Assembly (NCBI GenBank): GCA_951406725.2
Contig: OX597827.1
Coordinates: 10,292,001-10,356,000 of the forward strand
DNA from: Octopus vulgaris
Lineage: Eukaryota
Direction of reading: 5' to 3'
DNA length: 64,000 bases
This document shows positions 41,539 through 55,798 of this stretch, piece by piece (the first letter of the stretch is position 1; every line of letters begins with the position of its first letter). The notes beneath the pieces were generated by a model, which did not search any database, had not been told where the DNA came from, and saw nothing but the letters and a program-made list of their open reading frames with translations. The position numbers and the translations under genes were made by a program.

Positions 41539-41959
41539 TATATTGGTGATAGAATATTTGTGTGAATGTAAACAATTGATCTACTTTACCTGAAGATGAA
41601 GAATTAGGTGTGCTTCCTGGAGAAATGAATTCAAGGAAGGTATTTAGTGAATTTTATTCTTTTACAATTACTGGTTGTCAGCTGGGGTTCATATGGGCCT
41701 TGGGGCAATTCACTTGGGGCAGATGCTATCATGATCTAATAAAGGTTAAATTTGGGAAACAGAAAGTGATCCAAAGGGTTTTGAGTGTCTGTGTGTCAAA
41801 CAAGGATATATATTGGAAATAAAACAAGTTGATATAGAGGGCAGAAGACTATGCATATTTGGTTTGAACACTGGCAGTATATGTATGGCATTAGTGCAAG
41901 AGACAAAAGGTGCTATGTCACTGAAGTTACTAAGGAAAATGATTTCTTACTTACTGAAG

Positions 41960-42375
41960 CCTTTCACTATCTATGGAACATGAGCCATCAATAACTTTTC
42001 TCCACTCTTTTTAACTCCAGACTGTCTTTTCTGCTCCTTTCCAGTTGGATACCTGTTTGTTCAGCTCTTCCTCAGAATCCAGTTATTTTTATGGATGTCC
42101 TTTTGGAATTTCTTACACCATATTATATATTTCCTTGAAGGAAGGCCTTCCTTGCCCAGGTCATGTCGGTTTTGAATTGTTTACAATGCATCTGTAACTT
42201 TGCTTTATTCTAGGTAAGAATGTTGGTTGTATGCAAACCCATTTTTATCTCTGGACAAAGGGGTTCTATATTAGTTGTCTTCTGTCCTTTGATCTGTCTA
42301 ACATGGGAGACCCTACAAGGAGCTTGCACTTTTCTGACATAGCCCTTGTGGTTATTGAGACACACAAGCCATCCA
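41960..42375 (-). mobile_element. Internally deleted RTE-like relic (5'UTR plus 3' end)
   Basis: catgggagaccctac...catagc...cacaagcc resembles RTE 5'UTRs; the 3' part translates EWRKVIDGSCS. Confidence 0.4.
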
Positions 42376-42571
42376 ACATTTGAATAACATAGACAAATAA
42401 AGGTATATCAAATAACATACAGCATAAATTCCTGATTTCTTAAAAAATCATCTACATCTCTAGAGGATGTGCCATATTTACCAAACAGCAATTAACATAA
42501 GCTCCACTTGAGAAGGAGAAATCATGCTGCTAAGCAAAAAGACAGGTTTATTTTCTGGAAATAAGAAGCCA

Positions 42572-42616
42572 GTTATGGGCATGAGTTTCTAACTCAATAG
42601 TGATCATCAGCACAAC
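42572..42616 (-). ncRNA. Hammerhead motif with mutated cleavage triplet
   Basis: GTTGTG-CTGATGA-tcact attg agtta-GAAA-CTCATG-CC-CATAAC; 6-bp stem I; U16.1 replaced by C. Confidence 0.55.
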
Positions 42617-43337
42617 AACGGTCCATCCTTATCTTTAAAAGCCAAAGAACTTAGACTTACACAAAAGGGATTAGAACATATTTATGGCCGAGCTAATCAT
42701 GAGTCCAAGACTGTCCTCTAATCTCCAGACAATAACCCTGTGCTTTTCCTTAATAGCGTATCCGTCATTGGAGAATTCCTCATTCTTGATATTGCTTTTG
42801 TTTTCTCCCCAAGTGGAACTAAACTGTAAACTCATGTGATACAAGCTGAAAAAACATTAAGAGTGCTTTGCTACAGATATGGTTTATTCTTTGTATGAAA
42901 GTGTTTCGGAGTAATTAAGGTACTTCATTTTGAGAATAATTTACCTCAGATATCATGGCTATATAATGGTGTTGTGTTCTGCTATATTTCTTCAGCTTAA
43001 TATAATCTCTGTATTATCCTGTTCAACTAAAGTTATTCAGCTGTACATTTTTTATTTTGTCACTTCATTGATTTGATGATTTTCTCCTATTCATTCCTGG
43101 GCAAATTTCAAACAAACTAAAAATAAACAAAACCAAAAACAAATTACACGAACGTATATAAACAGGAGATACAAATATTACAGGCACTCCCCCCCCCACA
43201 CACACACACTAACTAAACATAGACACACATAGCGGTATACGCATGCGCAAATGAAGACACATACAATAGGAATACAAAATACAAAATGGCTGATTGTTAG
43301 TAAGGAGAGACACACAAATAAGAAAGAAGAAAGCAAA

Positions 43338-43382
43338 GGACCACTGATGAGATCACAGGAGTGTGACGAAAGGACTCTGGCC
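43338..43382 (+). ncRNA. Minimal type I hammerhead motif
   Basis: CCA-CTGATGA-GATCAC aggagt GTGAC-GAAA-GGAC-TC-TGG; predicted cut after C43377; element ends at (TA)n near 43520. Confidence 0.7.
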
Positions 43383-43520
43383 GAAATAAGATTAAGATTA
43401 ATGTAAAAAATAAATAACACTGAAGCAAAGTAACATCAAATATACCATTCCTAAATACAACAATATCTGTTTCAACACAAGATTTCACATCAAAAATCTT
43501 GCAAAACAAAATATATAAAC

Positions 43521-43557
<37 letters not shown>

Positions 43558-43561
<4 letters not shown>

Positions 43562-43745
43562 TAATCCAAACAAGAAAACACAAAAAAACACAACAACGCG
43601 AGGACGTGGAACAAATATAGTATTATTGGACGCTCAGGAAAGAAGGGAAGAAGGAGGGTTTAACGTTTCGAGCGGAGCTCTTTGTCGGAAACATAGGAGA
43701 AGGAAAAATCCAGAGAAGGGAAGACAGAGGAAAAAAAATTGCCAA
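43558..43745 (-). mobile_element. (TA)n-anchored element with variant hammerhead-like motif (43658-43692)
   Basis: GTTT-CCGACAA-A-GAGC tcc GCTC-GAAAC-GTT-AAAC; paralog of 4285-4447. Confidence 0.65.
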
Positions 43746-43871
43746 TGGTCCTCATTTTAACATTAATTATATATATATGTATATATAATTAATGTTAAAA
43801 TGAGGGTGAAAAATTGGATATTAATTTGATTAACATCAATTTAAAACCAGTGGTCTAGCATATTAAAAAAA

Positions 43872-44465
43872 CTGTGCACATGTGTTCTGTCATCATTGCT
43901 CTATGGAAGTGAGACATGGGTTGTTTATTATAAGCATTTGAAGTATTTGGAACGATTCCATCAATAGTGTCTTAGGAAAATTCTTGGGATGAATTGGAGA
44001 ATGGTGATCTGTGATGTAGAGGTATGTGAAAGAAGCTGCATTAGGAATGTGGAATCGATCATTCTGCAAAAGTTGTTTGAGGTGGGGTGGACATATGGTG
44101 AGAATGACTGATAAAAAGACTTACTAAGCAACTTTTGTATGGTGAACTGAAAGATTGTAAAAGCATGCACGTAAACCCAAAATGAGGTTCAAAGATTGCC
44201 TTAAAGCTGCTTTGACACAGACAGGAGTTTCAGGTTCTAATTGGGAGAGAGAAGCACAAGACCAAAATGAATGGAGGAAAAGAGTGCACAGTGGTTGTTT
44301 GAAGTTTGAAAGAGAGAGAATGAAGCACAAAAAGATCAAAAGAAAGCTTAGAAAGAACGGACCAATAGGAAATGAAGAAGTATAGTTTTTTATATGTGTG
44401 ATTTGTAGAAGGAACTGTCTGAGTTATGCAAATCTGGTCAGCCATCAGAGAAGTCACAGGAATCA
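43872..44465 (+). pseudogene. RTE/BovB-like LINE 3' relic
   Basis: LLYGSETWVVY..HLKYLERFHQ*CLRKIL, GHMVRM, KQLLYGEL, RFKDCLK...W, C2H2 CVICRRNC..LVSHQRSH. Confidence 0.88.
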
Positions 44466-44485
44466 ACATCAACGCCTTGTAAATT

Positions 44486-44702
44486 TGTGAGATATACTTG
44501 CCATCTCAATATGGCTAACCACTAAGGGTGGGTGTTACTGTAGCTTGTAGCCCCAGGAGAACATCGTCTCCAGCTGGCTTTAGGCACACTTTCTGTGCCC
44601 TTATGGTATTTGCACCCTTAGTGGTTAGCCATATTGAGATGGCAAGTATACCTCACATTGTCGTGCAGTTACTGTTTACATCTCGTTCAGAGGTTTATTA
44701 TT
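44486..44702. mobile_element. Foldback element with TSD inserted in the LINE relic
   Basis: IR arms 44486-44530 and 44613-44657; 12-bp TSD GCCTTGTAAATT at 44474-44485 and 44703-44714. Confidence 0.8.
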
Positions 44703-45404
44703 GCCTTGTAAATTGTTTTATAGCTATTGGTCACAACAGAACATGTGTAATCTGTGGAAAGGTATGCCGTTCAGACGGAGGACATGTCAAAAGTCTTCAT
44801 AGTTGTGGCACTTGTTCCTTCTGCCAGCCAGCACAACAGTGCATTATACAATTAAATGTGCAAAGTCGTTAGCATATATAAGCGATATATAAGGGCCTCA
44901 TATTTCATTATCAGTGACTCATTTCAAAAATTCTTTCCAGCAATGGCTTTGCTTGTGTAGAGAATACAGCCATTATGTATGCATATATGTTTATACATAT
45001 ACATACATGCACAGATGCATGTGGAATAAACAAAAACTGGTACTTATGAATACAAATACCCAGCGATATTTATGCTGTACGGCTAGCTAAGTTTATCAGC
45101 TGATATGCCAATTTTCGATCTATATCTTTTATCTTACTAGATAATGGAATATATATCAGACAAATTATTTAAGTCAATATAATTGACGAAAGCACTCAGA
45201 GTAGTCTGCTTCAGTATGGCTACATTCCTGAAACTGAAACCAGTACAGGCATTAAATAATTTGGTCAACTATCATCATACCTTAGTTCAAATGTGTTCAA
45301 ATACAGCAAGCCAGAACTACTAAAACCAGCAACAGCTGTAATAGCAGCAGCAGCATGCAACCTTACTCGTGTTTACAAACATTGCATGTTACTCTCCCTG
45401 ACTT

Positions 45405-45506
<102 letters not shown>

Positions 45507-45589
45507 GAGAGAGAGATAGGTATATAGACATATCTTGTGTATATATAATATTGCATGTATGGAAAATGTAAATGTGTGTGTGTGTATAC

Positions 45590-45621
<32 letters not shown>

Positions 45622-45629
45622 ATATATGT

Positions 45630-46110
45630 ATCATCACCATCATTTAATGTCCACTTTCCATGCTGGCATGGGTTGAACGGTTTGCCTGAAACCTGGTAGG
45701 CTGGAGGGCTGCACCAGGTTCCGATCTGATATGGTAAGGTTTCTATGGCTTGATGCCCTTCCTAATGCCAACCATTCCAAGAATATAGTGGATGTTTTCT
45801 ACATGCCACCGGTATGGGTACCATTGACCCGACACCAGCCATGACTATGGTCACACTTAGCTTGACAAGTCTACACAAGCACGGTATATCGCCAAAGGTC
45901 TTGGTCACCTGTCACTGCCTCCATGAGGCCCAACACTCAATCAGTACTTTTTACAATTCCATTGGCATGGGTTCCAGTCAGACAGCACTGGCTTCAGCTA
46001 CAACTATGACTTCACTCAGTTCAAGAGGTCCTCACAAACACAGAATATCACCCAACTATTGAAGGATGCTTTTAACAGGTCGGTTACACAACACTAGCAC
46101 CAGTCATGTA
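45630..46110 (-). mobile_element. Family D related retroposon, diverged
   Basis: Tail and body match. Confidence 0.7.
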
Positions 46111-46348
46111 TGTATATATATGTATATATATATGCATCAATATAGTTTAAGAGAGGTAATGGTGTCAGTGAGACCTAAAGGTGTCAGGTAATGCTGAATA
46201 AGTGCTATGGCTAGACCACAGTTGAGTTCCAGGTTCGGTAATTATGTGAGTCCAATGTAGGTCTTATATCAGAGTGTGTATAATATATATCTCAATATAT
46301 CTATATCCATATATCAGTATCTATCTATCTATCTATCTATCTATCTAA

Positions 46349-46387
<39 letters not shown>

Positions 46388-46403
46388 TACATAAATATAT
46401 ATA

Positions 46404-46436
<33 letters not shown>

Positions 46437-46556
46437 TTCCATATATCAGTATCTATCTGACTGTCTATCTATCTATCTATCTATCTATCTGTGGTGTTGA
46501 GCACTCATTCTCATTGTTCAATATTAAAATGTAAATAATTAATATATATATATATA

Positions 46557-46800
46557 TCATTATTTAACATCCGTTGTCCATGGTGGCATGGGTTGGATGG
46601 TTTGACCAGAGCTGATAAGCTCGAAGGCTGCACCAGACTCCAGTCTGATTTGGCATGGTTTTCTATGGAAGGACATCCAGCCATAGAAAACCATTCCAAA
46701 TCAGCCTTGTGTCTGGTGCAGCCTTTCAGCTTACCAGCCCTGGTGAAACCGTCCAACCCATGCCAGCATGGACAACAGACATTAAATGATGATGATGATG
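46557..46800. mobile_element. Head-to-head inverted pair of family D 3' ends
   Basis: Two roughly 115-bp arms meet near 46670. Confidence 0.85.
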
Positions 46801-46832
46801 ATATATATATATACATACATATATACATACAT

Positions 46833-46988
46833 ACAATACTGTACAAACATATACAAGTTATGTGTTTTGCCAGTTCATGGGCAGGCTGCGATAATAGGAA
46901 TAAGAGAATATATTCTCTTATACCTATAATTGAGGCCTGCCTGTGAACTGACAAAACGCATGACTTGTGTATGTGTGTTTGATATTGT
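46833..46988. repeat. Loopless palindrome of about 155 bp
   Basis: Axis 46910/46911; 46847-46886 pairs with 46935-46974. Confidence 0.9.
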
Positions 46989-47013
46989 TTATATCTCTCA
47001 TGTTAAAAGTGCT

Positions 47014-47236
47014 AGTTTCATAAAAGTGCTAGTTATGACCGTAGTGCAGAATAAAGAAGATGGCTGCTGTAGGAAAACTAAAGTAAGTAAATTGGAAATG
47101 ATAAAAACAAAGTAAGTAAGCAATATCAGAAACACGTACACAATCAAATGGATGTGGTGTTTCCCAGTTCCATAACAGGTGCTTTACAAAGTGTTTACAT
47201 TTCTCAAAATTCTCTGATCTAGTATTTAACTAGAGA
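47014..47236 (+). repeat. Direct repeat copy 1 (223 bp)
   Basis: Gapless; 13 mismatches versus 50395-50617 by manual count. Confidence 0.95.
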
Positions 47237-47827
47237 CTGCTTCTCATGTATATTTTGAATTTGTGTATGTGTGTATGTTGGGGGGGGGTACATGCATGTG
47301 TGCATGCACATGCGTGTGTGTGTGTGTGTGTGTGACCATTTTTTCTACTTGGCAGTGGTTTAGCAGAATAAGTAGAACATGGGACAAGTTACCTGCCGTA
47401 TTTAGTTACATCTTTTTTATGATCTATAGTTCAAATGATACCAAAGACAATGTTACCTTTTGTCCTTCAGTGGTCAATAAAATAAATTACAATCATGCAC
47501 TGAGGTCAGTTTAATATTCCTATAATGTTTCTGAGGTGTGAATAGAATCCATAACGTGTTAGACTAAGTCTAAGTCTACCTTTCTCTCTCTTTTATCTTT
47601 TGATTTCCTTATTTTTTTACCCTCTCTCCCTTTCTCTCCTTTTCTTTTCTTCCTCTCCGATAAATTAAAGTTTCCTCAACATATTGAAAGAAAGCAAAGT
47701 AACAACTTAATAATCATAATTTACAACAATCAATCTCTATTCCATTGTCATTACAATAGACTTGTCTACTTCCTTCACTAAAGGCAAAAATGATAACATT
47801 ACGTTTCACAAATCCGCATATTCTTAC

Positions 47828-47939
47828 CATTTAATCAGTCTTTCTTCTCTTCAGTACTTCAAGACTTTCTTTGACAATCACATCTTCCTTCACCAATTGC
47901 CAGAGTTGCCAAATAAGATTATTTGTGTTGTTCAATAAA
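47828..47939 (-). other. Candidate 112-nt exon ending in ATG
   Basis: Long poly-T tract plus atag| acceptor; donor TAAATG|gtaaga; stops in all three frames. Confidence 0.5.
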
Positions 47940-48916
47940 CTATAAAAAAAAAAAAAAAAAAAAAAATCAAAAACAAGAACAAAAATGGAAGGCAAATGTT
48001 GTCATCTGAAATGAAATGCAATGAAATGCTATTTTTATCGTTTTATTTGTGTCACTTGAATAAGTCCGACCATCTTCACTACCCTCAATCAACATGCTAC
48101 ATCACTTCGAATGCTTATTGATGAATGTAAACCACAACTTGCAGCTTTCACTTATTCTAATGAAATTGCCTCAGGCCTCACTCATTCTATTTGGATAATT
48201 ATTTTAGAAAAATCTGACGGTGGGTGGGAGGAAAGTTGGGGGGTGTTATGCTTCTTCTGATCAAGAATCAAGAATATCAGAAGGAAGATGGAAAGAGAAG
48301 ATGAAATGAAAGATCGAATGAATGAATGAATGAATGGAATAAAATAAATAAATAAATATAAGTTGGAAAATGCAGAAATCTAATGAAAATGACTCAGGTT
48401 TAGTTCTTAGTGAGATTTTGTCTTGAGATCCATCTCAAGTGATCTCTGTTGACTGGACAAATTATTTATACCTCTGATTCCCAAATGCATTGTGTCAAGA
48501 ATAACATTACATTTCCTGCACTCCTTGTGAAAGTGGACACAGGAAATAAATAAGATATCAAAGAAACGGAAAAGAAAAGGAAGAGCCACAAGAGAATCAC
48601 AAATCGTAGATAGTAAAACAACAACAACAACAATAACAACAACAACAAAAGAAACTACAACAGCAGCAATTCCAGCAACACTGACCACATAAACAATCAG
48701 AAAAAAAAACAAAACATTAACAACAATAACATAAGTAACAATGCTGTTGAAGTGATAGTAACGTTGAGAGAGAAAAAACAAAAGAAACTCATTTCACTGT
48801 GAAAAAAAAAATAGACTTTTAAAACTGAACTAGGAATGAAGTTATTATAGACGTTTCACTCTGTCTGTCTGTCTGTCTCTCTCTGTCTTGGCGTTCCAGT
48901 CTGTCTCTCTGTGTGA

Positions 48917-48947
<31 letters not shown>

Positions 48948-49059
48948 TATAGATAAAACTTACTTGGAAGAGGACGCGTGGCGTTCAATCATATAATAAC
49001 AAATTAATAAATAATGTAATGTAATGTTATTGTATAAATATATATATGTATGTGTGTGT

Positions 49060-49305
<246 letters not shown>

Positions 49306-49669
49306 TATACATGTGTGTGTGTGTGTATAAATATTAATATATTATATGCTTAAATAAGCTTAAAGCTTATAAGCAATCACCATGCAATGATTAAAGAAAA
49401 TAGTCTAATATACCCCTAACATATCCTTTAGGGGCATATAAGCCCCTAACAGATATGTATGTATGCATGTATGTATGTCTTCATCATCACTTTAACATCC
49501 ACATTTTCATGTTTACTTAAGTTGGACAGAGTTTATTTCTAAAGGGTTAAATCTAAGAATAAATTAAAATCAAGGGAATCATCAGCTGTTAAAAGGTGTA
49601 TGCATTTTCAGGACCCCCTGTATATACATATACATGTGTCTCTCTGAGTATGTGCATGCATGCATGTAT

Positions 49670-49877
49670 GCGTGCGTGTGTGTGTGTGTGTGTGTGCCTG
49701 TGTTTGTATGTGTGTGTGTGTGTATGTGTGTGTGTGTATGTGTGTGTGTTTGTATGTGTGTTTGTATGTGTGTGTGTGTGTATGTGTGTGTGTATGTGTG
49801 TGTTTGTGTGTGTGTGTGCATGTGTGTGTGTGTGTGTTTGTGTGTGTATGTGTGTATGTGTGTTTGTGTGTTTATGT

Positions 49878-49922
<45 letters not shown>

Positions 49923-49932
49923 TGTGTGTGTT

Positions 49933-49998
<66 letters not shown>

Positions 49999-50041
49999 TG
50001 TGTGTGTTTGTATGTGTGTGTGTGTATGTGTGTGTGTGTGT

Positions 50042-50092
<51 letters not shown>
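49670..50092. repeat. (TG)n microsatellite
   Basis: Direct repeat. Confidence 0.95.
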
Positions 50093-50095
<3 letters not shown>

Positions 50096-50394
50096 ATACA
50101 CTTGCTTTGTAAATATATGTTTGTATTTATAAAGAAATAGGAATTAAATTCTTATATAGACAATCATTGGTTTTGTAGTCTTGCTGAACTTCCCATTGTA
50201 TAAACCATTATGAGAAATAGTTTTGAAAAGAATGTTTTCCAAACTACTCTCCATATTAAAGAGAATAATTTTTACTCAGCACGTGTTAGTTACGTTTCCT
50301 AAATGTCTCTAGTGTGGTAATGAAATGTTTGGAAACTCTGTATTTCCATGAAGTTGAGAAGGAACAAAATGTTATATGCGATAAAGAAAGATTA

Positions 50395-50617
50395 AGTTCC
50401 ATAAAAGTGCTAGTTATGACTGTAGTGCGGAATAAAGAAGATGGATGCTGTAGGAAAACTAAAGTAAGTAAATTGGAAGTGATAAAAACAAAGAAAGTAA
50501 GCAATATCAGAAACAGGTACACAATCAAGTGGATGTGGTGTTTCCCAGTTCCATAACAGGTGCTTTACAAAGTATTTACATTTCTTGAAATTCTCAGATC
50601 TAGTGTTTAACTAGAGA
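50395..50617 (+). repeat. Direct repeat copy 2 (223 bp)
   Basis: Match to 47014-47236. Confidence 0.95.
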
Positions 50618-50949
50618 TTTTGTTATGAGGGTTCTCTGCTATGCACAACTAACACTCCAGTTCTTAGCTAAAATCGTGTGGGGTCTGGGTCTAATGCCCA
50701 TATTTAAGACAGATTAAGGAATGACATCATCCACACTAAGTGCATTCATTCTTAAATAACTACTTTTTGACTTCCATGTTGTTATACTAGATTTTACTAA
50801 CAGCTTACATAAATCTTACAATGAACTAAAGGAAAACTTATATCAATGTAGGATCATTTAGCTCCCATTTTAGAATATCCTGTACAAAAAAAAAATAAGT
50901 TTCTTTAATCTTTTCTTCAAGAAAGAGCTATTTCAGGAAATAATTATTA

Positions 50950-51242
50950 CACGTAAAAGCACCATCCTTCGTGTCCGTTGCCAGCCTCACCTGGCCCCGT
51001 AAAAGCACCATCCATTCATGGCCATTTGCCAGCTCCGTCTGGCACCTGTGCGGGTGGCATGTAAAAAGCACCCACTACACTCACGGAGTGGTTGGCGTTA
51101 GGAAGGGCATCCAGCCGTAGAAACACTGCCAGATCAGACTGGGCCTGATGCGGCCTTCCGGCTTCACAGACCCCAGTTGAACCGTCCAACCCATGCTAGC
51201 ATGGAAAGCGGACGCTGAATGATGATGATGATGATGATGATG
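50950..51242 (+). mobile_element. Family D retroposon with tandem modules
   Basis: Family match; gtaaaa(a)gcacc occurs three times. Confidence 0.88.
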
Positions 51243-51629
51243 AATTAAGCCTTACTTGCTAGCAAATTCAAAGACAAAACTACCTACTTATCTCACTCTC
51301 TACCCAACAAATAAAGAGGCACTGCAATATCAAATGTTTCACACGCCTCTCTACATTCAATTTAGAATTTAATGTAGAAAGAGAAATTCTTAATTCTAAT
51401 TCACGAACTTGCCCCCCTGACATATAAATTATTTCAACAACCACAATCTTAAAATTGACTACTAATTCATTACAAACATGATAAAATATAATACTGCACC
51501 AATACTCATTCAGGAAAAACTAATTCTGAACTATTGTTGGAAAGGTCCAAACACAGGATGTACCTGGTGAAAGGTTGGGTACCCAGTTATGATTTCAGCT
51601 AAATAAATAAATTGCTTACATTCCACACC

Positions 51630-51665
<36 letters not shown>

Positions 51666-51679
51666 ACACTTTAGTGATA

Positions 51680-52086
51680 CTCTTTTACTCTTTTACTTGT
51701 TTCAGTCATTTGACTGCGGCCATGCTGGAGCACCGCCATTAGTTGATCAAATCGACCCCGGGATTTATTCTTTGTAAGCCCAGTACTTATTCTACCAGTC
51801 TCTTTTGCCGAACCGCTAAGTGACGGGGACGTAAACACACCAGCATCGGTTGTCAAGCAATGCTAGGGGGACAAACACAGACACACAAACACACACACAC
51901 ATGTATATATATATATACATATATATGACAGGCTTCTTTCAGTTTCCGTCTACCAAATCCACTCACAAGGCATTGGTTGGCCCGGGGCTATAGCAGAAGA
52001 CACTTGCCCAAGGTGCCACGCAGTGGGACTGAACCCGCAACCATGTGGTTGGTTAGCAAGCTACTTACCACACAGCCACTCCTGCG
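51680..52086 (-). mobile_element. SINE-A
   Basis: Full family match. Confidence 0.92.
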
Positions 52087-52460
52087 ATGTTTATATTTTT
52101 GCATTTAAATTGTAAAATTACGAATCAGCCACCCATAATATTTATAACTTTCACTTTTACCATTTTTGAAATCAGTGTATGATCTAAACAGAAATCTTAT
52201 AAGCTTACAAGCTGAGATGAGTTTAACCCTAGGCACAGTGAGAGCCACTGATGTGCGCTAAGATGCATTAAGTATCATAGCATGAAATCATCGATTATCT
52301 CATTGTATCTGTGACCATAGGGATGTTGTCTCCCTTGTCAACTCATTAAGATTTTGTTGGCCATTGAGTTGGCCATTGAGTTGTTTTGACACTTATTTCT
52401 AGTAATACATGAGCTGATTAGTACCCTTGTTGACTTTAGTGATGTGTACACACACACACA

Positions 52461-52502
<42 letters not shown>

Positions 52503-52512
52503 TAGATATATA

Positions 52513-52639
52513 TTACTTTCTGTAGAAGAGCGTAGGATCGAAACGTTAAAGACTTTTTCACTTCCCAAGCGTTATACTAATACATCTGTTTGTTGTCTAC
52601 ACCATCTGTCTTTGTCTTTCGATTTTTTTTGTGAATTCT

Positions 52640-52642
<3 letters not shown>
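52513..52642 (+). mobile_element. (TA)n-flanked element with variant hammerhead-like motif (52516-52551)
   Basis: CTTT-CTGTAGA-A-GAGC gtag GATC-GAAAC-GTT-AAAG. Confidence 0.6.
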
Positions 52643-52728
<86 letters not shown>

Positions 52729-52985
52729 GAGAAAGGGAGAGAGAGAGAGAAAAGGATCAAAGTTTTTTTCCAAACCATATGCTATGAGGGTTGGCTTCAT
52801 AGATTCTGAGTCATATATATTCCTCCAATGGACAGGTTACTGGTCAGTTACAGGATTATTCATTTTTGTTAGCTGACCAGACTGGAGCAATATGAAATGT
52901 TTTGTTCAAGAACACAACACACCACTTGGTTCAGGAATCAAACCACAACACTCTAACCATTAAGCCATGTGCCTTTGCCTCCCAC

Positions 52986-53048
<63 letters not shown>

Positions 53049-53049
53049 C

Positions 53050-53102
<53 letters not shown>

Positions 53103-53687
53103 AATATAATATCCAACCCACATCTATATTTATGAAGTGCACACATAGGCACAGGCATGGCAGTGTGGTAAGAAGCTTGCTTCTCAACCACATGGTTCTG
53201 GGTTCACTCCCAATGTTTGTCACCTTGGGCAAGTACCTTCTACTATATATATGTATGTAGCGATTTGACGTCTATATCTAGCATGTTGACCGTCCACTTT
53301 TAGTGTTCAGTCCTTTAAATTTTGTATGTAAAAATATTTCAATCTTCGGATTTTTTTAATATGCTGGGCCACTGGTTTTAATTGATTAATATCAATTTCT
53401 ACCCTTATTCAATTATATATATATATATATGTGTGTATATATATGTGTGTGTGTGTATATATATATGTTTGTAGGTCTGTGTTTGACCCCACCACCATTG
53501 CTTGACAACCGATGTTAGTGTGATTATTTCCCATGTAAATACGCCGTTTGGTAAAAGAGACTGATAGAATATGTACTAGGCTTAGAAAGAATAAGTCCTG
53601 GGGTAAATTTGTTCTGCAGTGAAATGACTGAAACAAGTAAAACAGTAAAAGAGTATATATACATACACACATAGTGAAGCACACACC

Positions 53688-53748
53688 AACCAAAGCCTTG
53701 TGAGTGGATTTGGTAGACGGAAACTGAAAGAAGCCCGTCGTATATATG

Positions 53749-53787
<39 letters not shown>

Positions 53788-53970
53788 TTGTGTTTGTCCC
53801 CCTAGCATTGATTGACAACCGATGCTGGTGTGTTTATGTCCTCGTTACAAAAGAGACCGATAGAATAAGTACTGGGCTTACAAAAGAATAAGTCCCGGGG
53901 TCGAGTTGCTCGACTAAAGGCGGTGCTCCAGCATGGCCGCAGTCAAATGACTGAAACAAGTAAAAGAGTA
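53688..53970 (+). mobile_element. SINE-A, 5'-truncated (older fragments at 53148-53650)
   Basis: Family match. Confidence 0.85.
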
Positions 53971-54317
53971 TGTATACCTACATACAGACACGTCATATAA
54001 AACATACTTAATGCAATGAAACTTGCAGTGAAGAATATTATGTTGAGTAATTCATTATTTTTTATACTTATTTAAAGACAACTTTTATTTTTTTGGTATT
54101 GATGTTGTTGTTGCAGCTGCTGTTGTTGTTGTTGCTGTTGTTGTTGTTGTTGTTGCTGCTGTTGCTGCTGCATGTCTTTTTTTTTATGCATTTTCCTTTG
54201 CTTTTGATTTTAGGTTATGCAAGAATTTTCGGTTTCATTCTCAACTAAACTAACTTTTCTATTCTCTTTTGTCTTTCTCTCTCTTTCTTTCTGAATTTCT
54301 CCCCCACTCCATCAGTT

Positions 54318-54624
<307 letters not shown>

Positions 54625-54692
54625 GCTTTTTATCTATCTATCTATCAATCTAGCTTTCTATTTCTCAGTCACATCCCCCCTCTCTCTCACTT

Positions 54693-54744
<52 letters not shown>

Positions 54745-54992
54745 TCTGCTTCTCATTCAATCTATTTTCCGTCACTATTTTCCACTTAACCTGTCTTTAT
54801 CTCTCACTCACACACTCACTTTATTTTCTCTTTCTCTCACTTTCTCTCTCTCCCTCTCTAAATTACTCTCTCCTTCTCTCTAAATTACTCTGACTGTCTG
54901 TTCAAACTTGATTTATTGATATGAAAGCAGAACAGATGTTCTGTGAGTTTTTCAGATGCTGCAACAACAAAATGAAATCAGCACTCTTTCAT

Positions 54993-55058
<66 letters not shown>

Positions 55059-55380
55059 TTCAGCCCTCTATCTTTAATAAAAAAAAAAAGATCTTGATTG
55101 TCTTGTCATCTCTTCACACATTTTGCATTCTAGAACCACATGTCCACCATCTTGTTCTATCTTTCCTTTCCACATCTTTTGACATTATAATTTTTGCAAT
55201 GAATAAAGCTATAAATTTAATCCAGCATCAGAGAAACAAATTAATTAAAACTTAATTAAATACATCATGAAGACATGGTGATTTAATGAAGGCATGGTGA
55301 TTGTAAGGTCTTGAGTTCAATTCTTGGACTGGTCTGCACTTGGGAGCCTTGAGCAAAACTCTTCATTTCATTTTGCTACG

Positions 55381-55798
55381 TGCAGGAGTGGCTGTGTGGT
55401 AAGTAGCTTGTTTACCAACCACATGGTTCCGGGTTCAGTCCCACTGCATGACACCTTGGGCAAGTGTCTTCTACTATAGCCTCGGGCCGACCAAAGCCTT
55501 GTGAGTGGATTTGGTAGACGGAAACTGAAAGAAGCCTGTCGTATATATGTATATATATGCATGTGTGTGTTTGTGTGTCTGTGTTTGTCCCCCTAGCATT
55601 GCTTGACAACCAATGCTGGTGTGTTTATGTCCTCGTTACTTAGCGGTTCGGCAAAAGAGACCGATAGAATAAGTACTGGGCTTACAAAAGAATAAGTCCC
55701 GGGGTCGAGTTGCTCGATTAAAAAAAAAAAAAAAAGAAGGCGGTGCTCCAGCATGGCCGCAGTCAAAATGACTGAAACAACTAAAAGAGTAAAAGAGT
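55381..55798 (+). mobile_element. SINE-A
   Basis: Full family match. Confidence 0.92.

Noticed and set aside
41590-41616. 27-nt minus-strand microexon (ttctccag|...CAG|gtaaag)
   Set aside because: Splice signals are good but it lies in what looks like a decayed LINE endonuclease region; unsupported without RNA data
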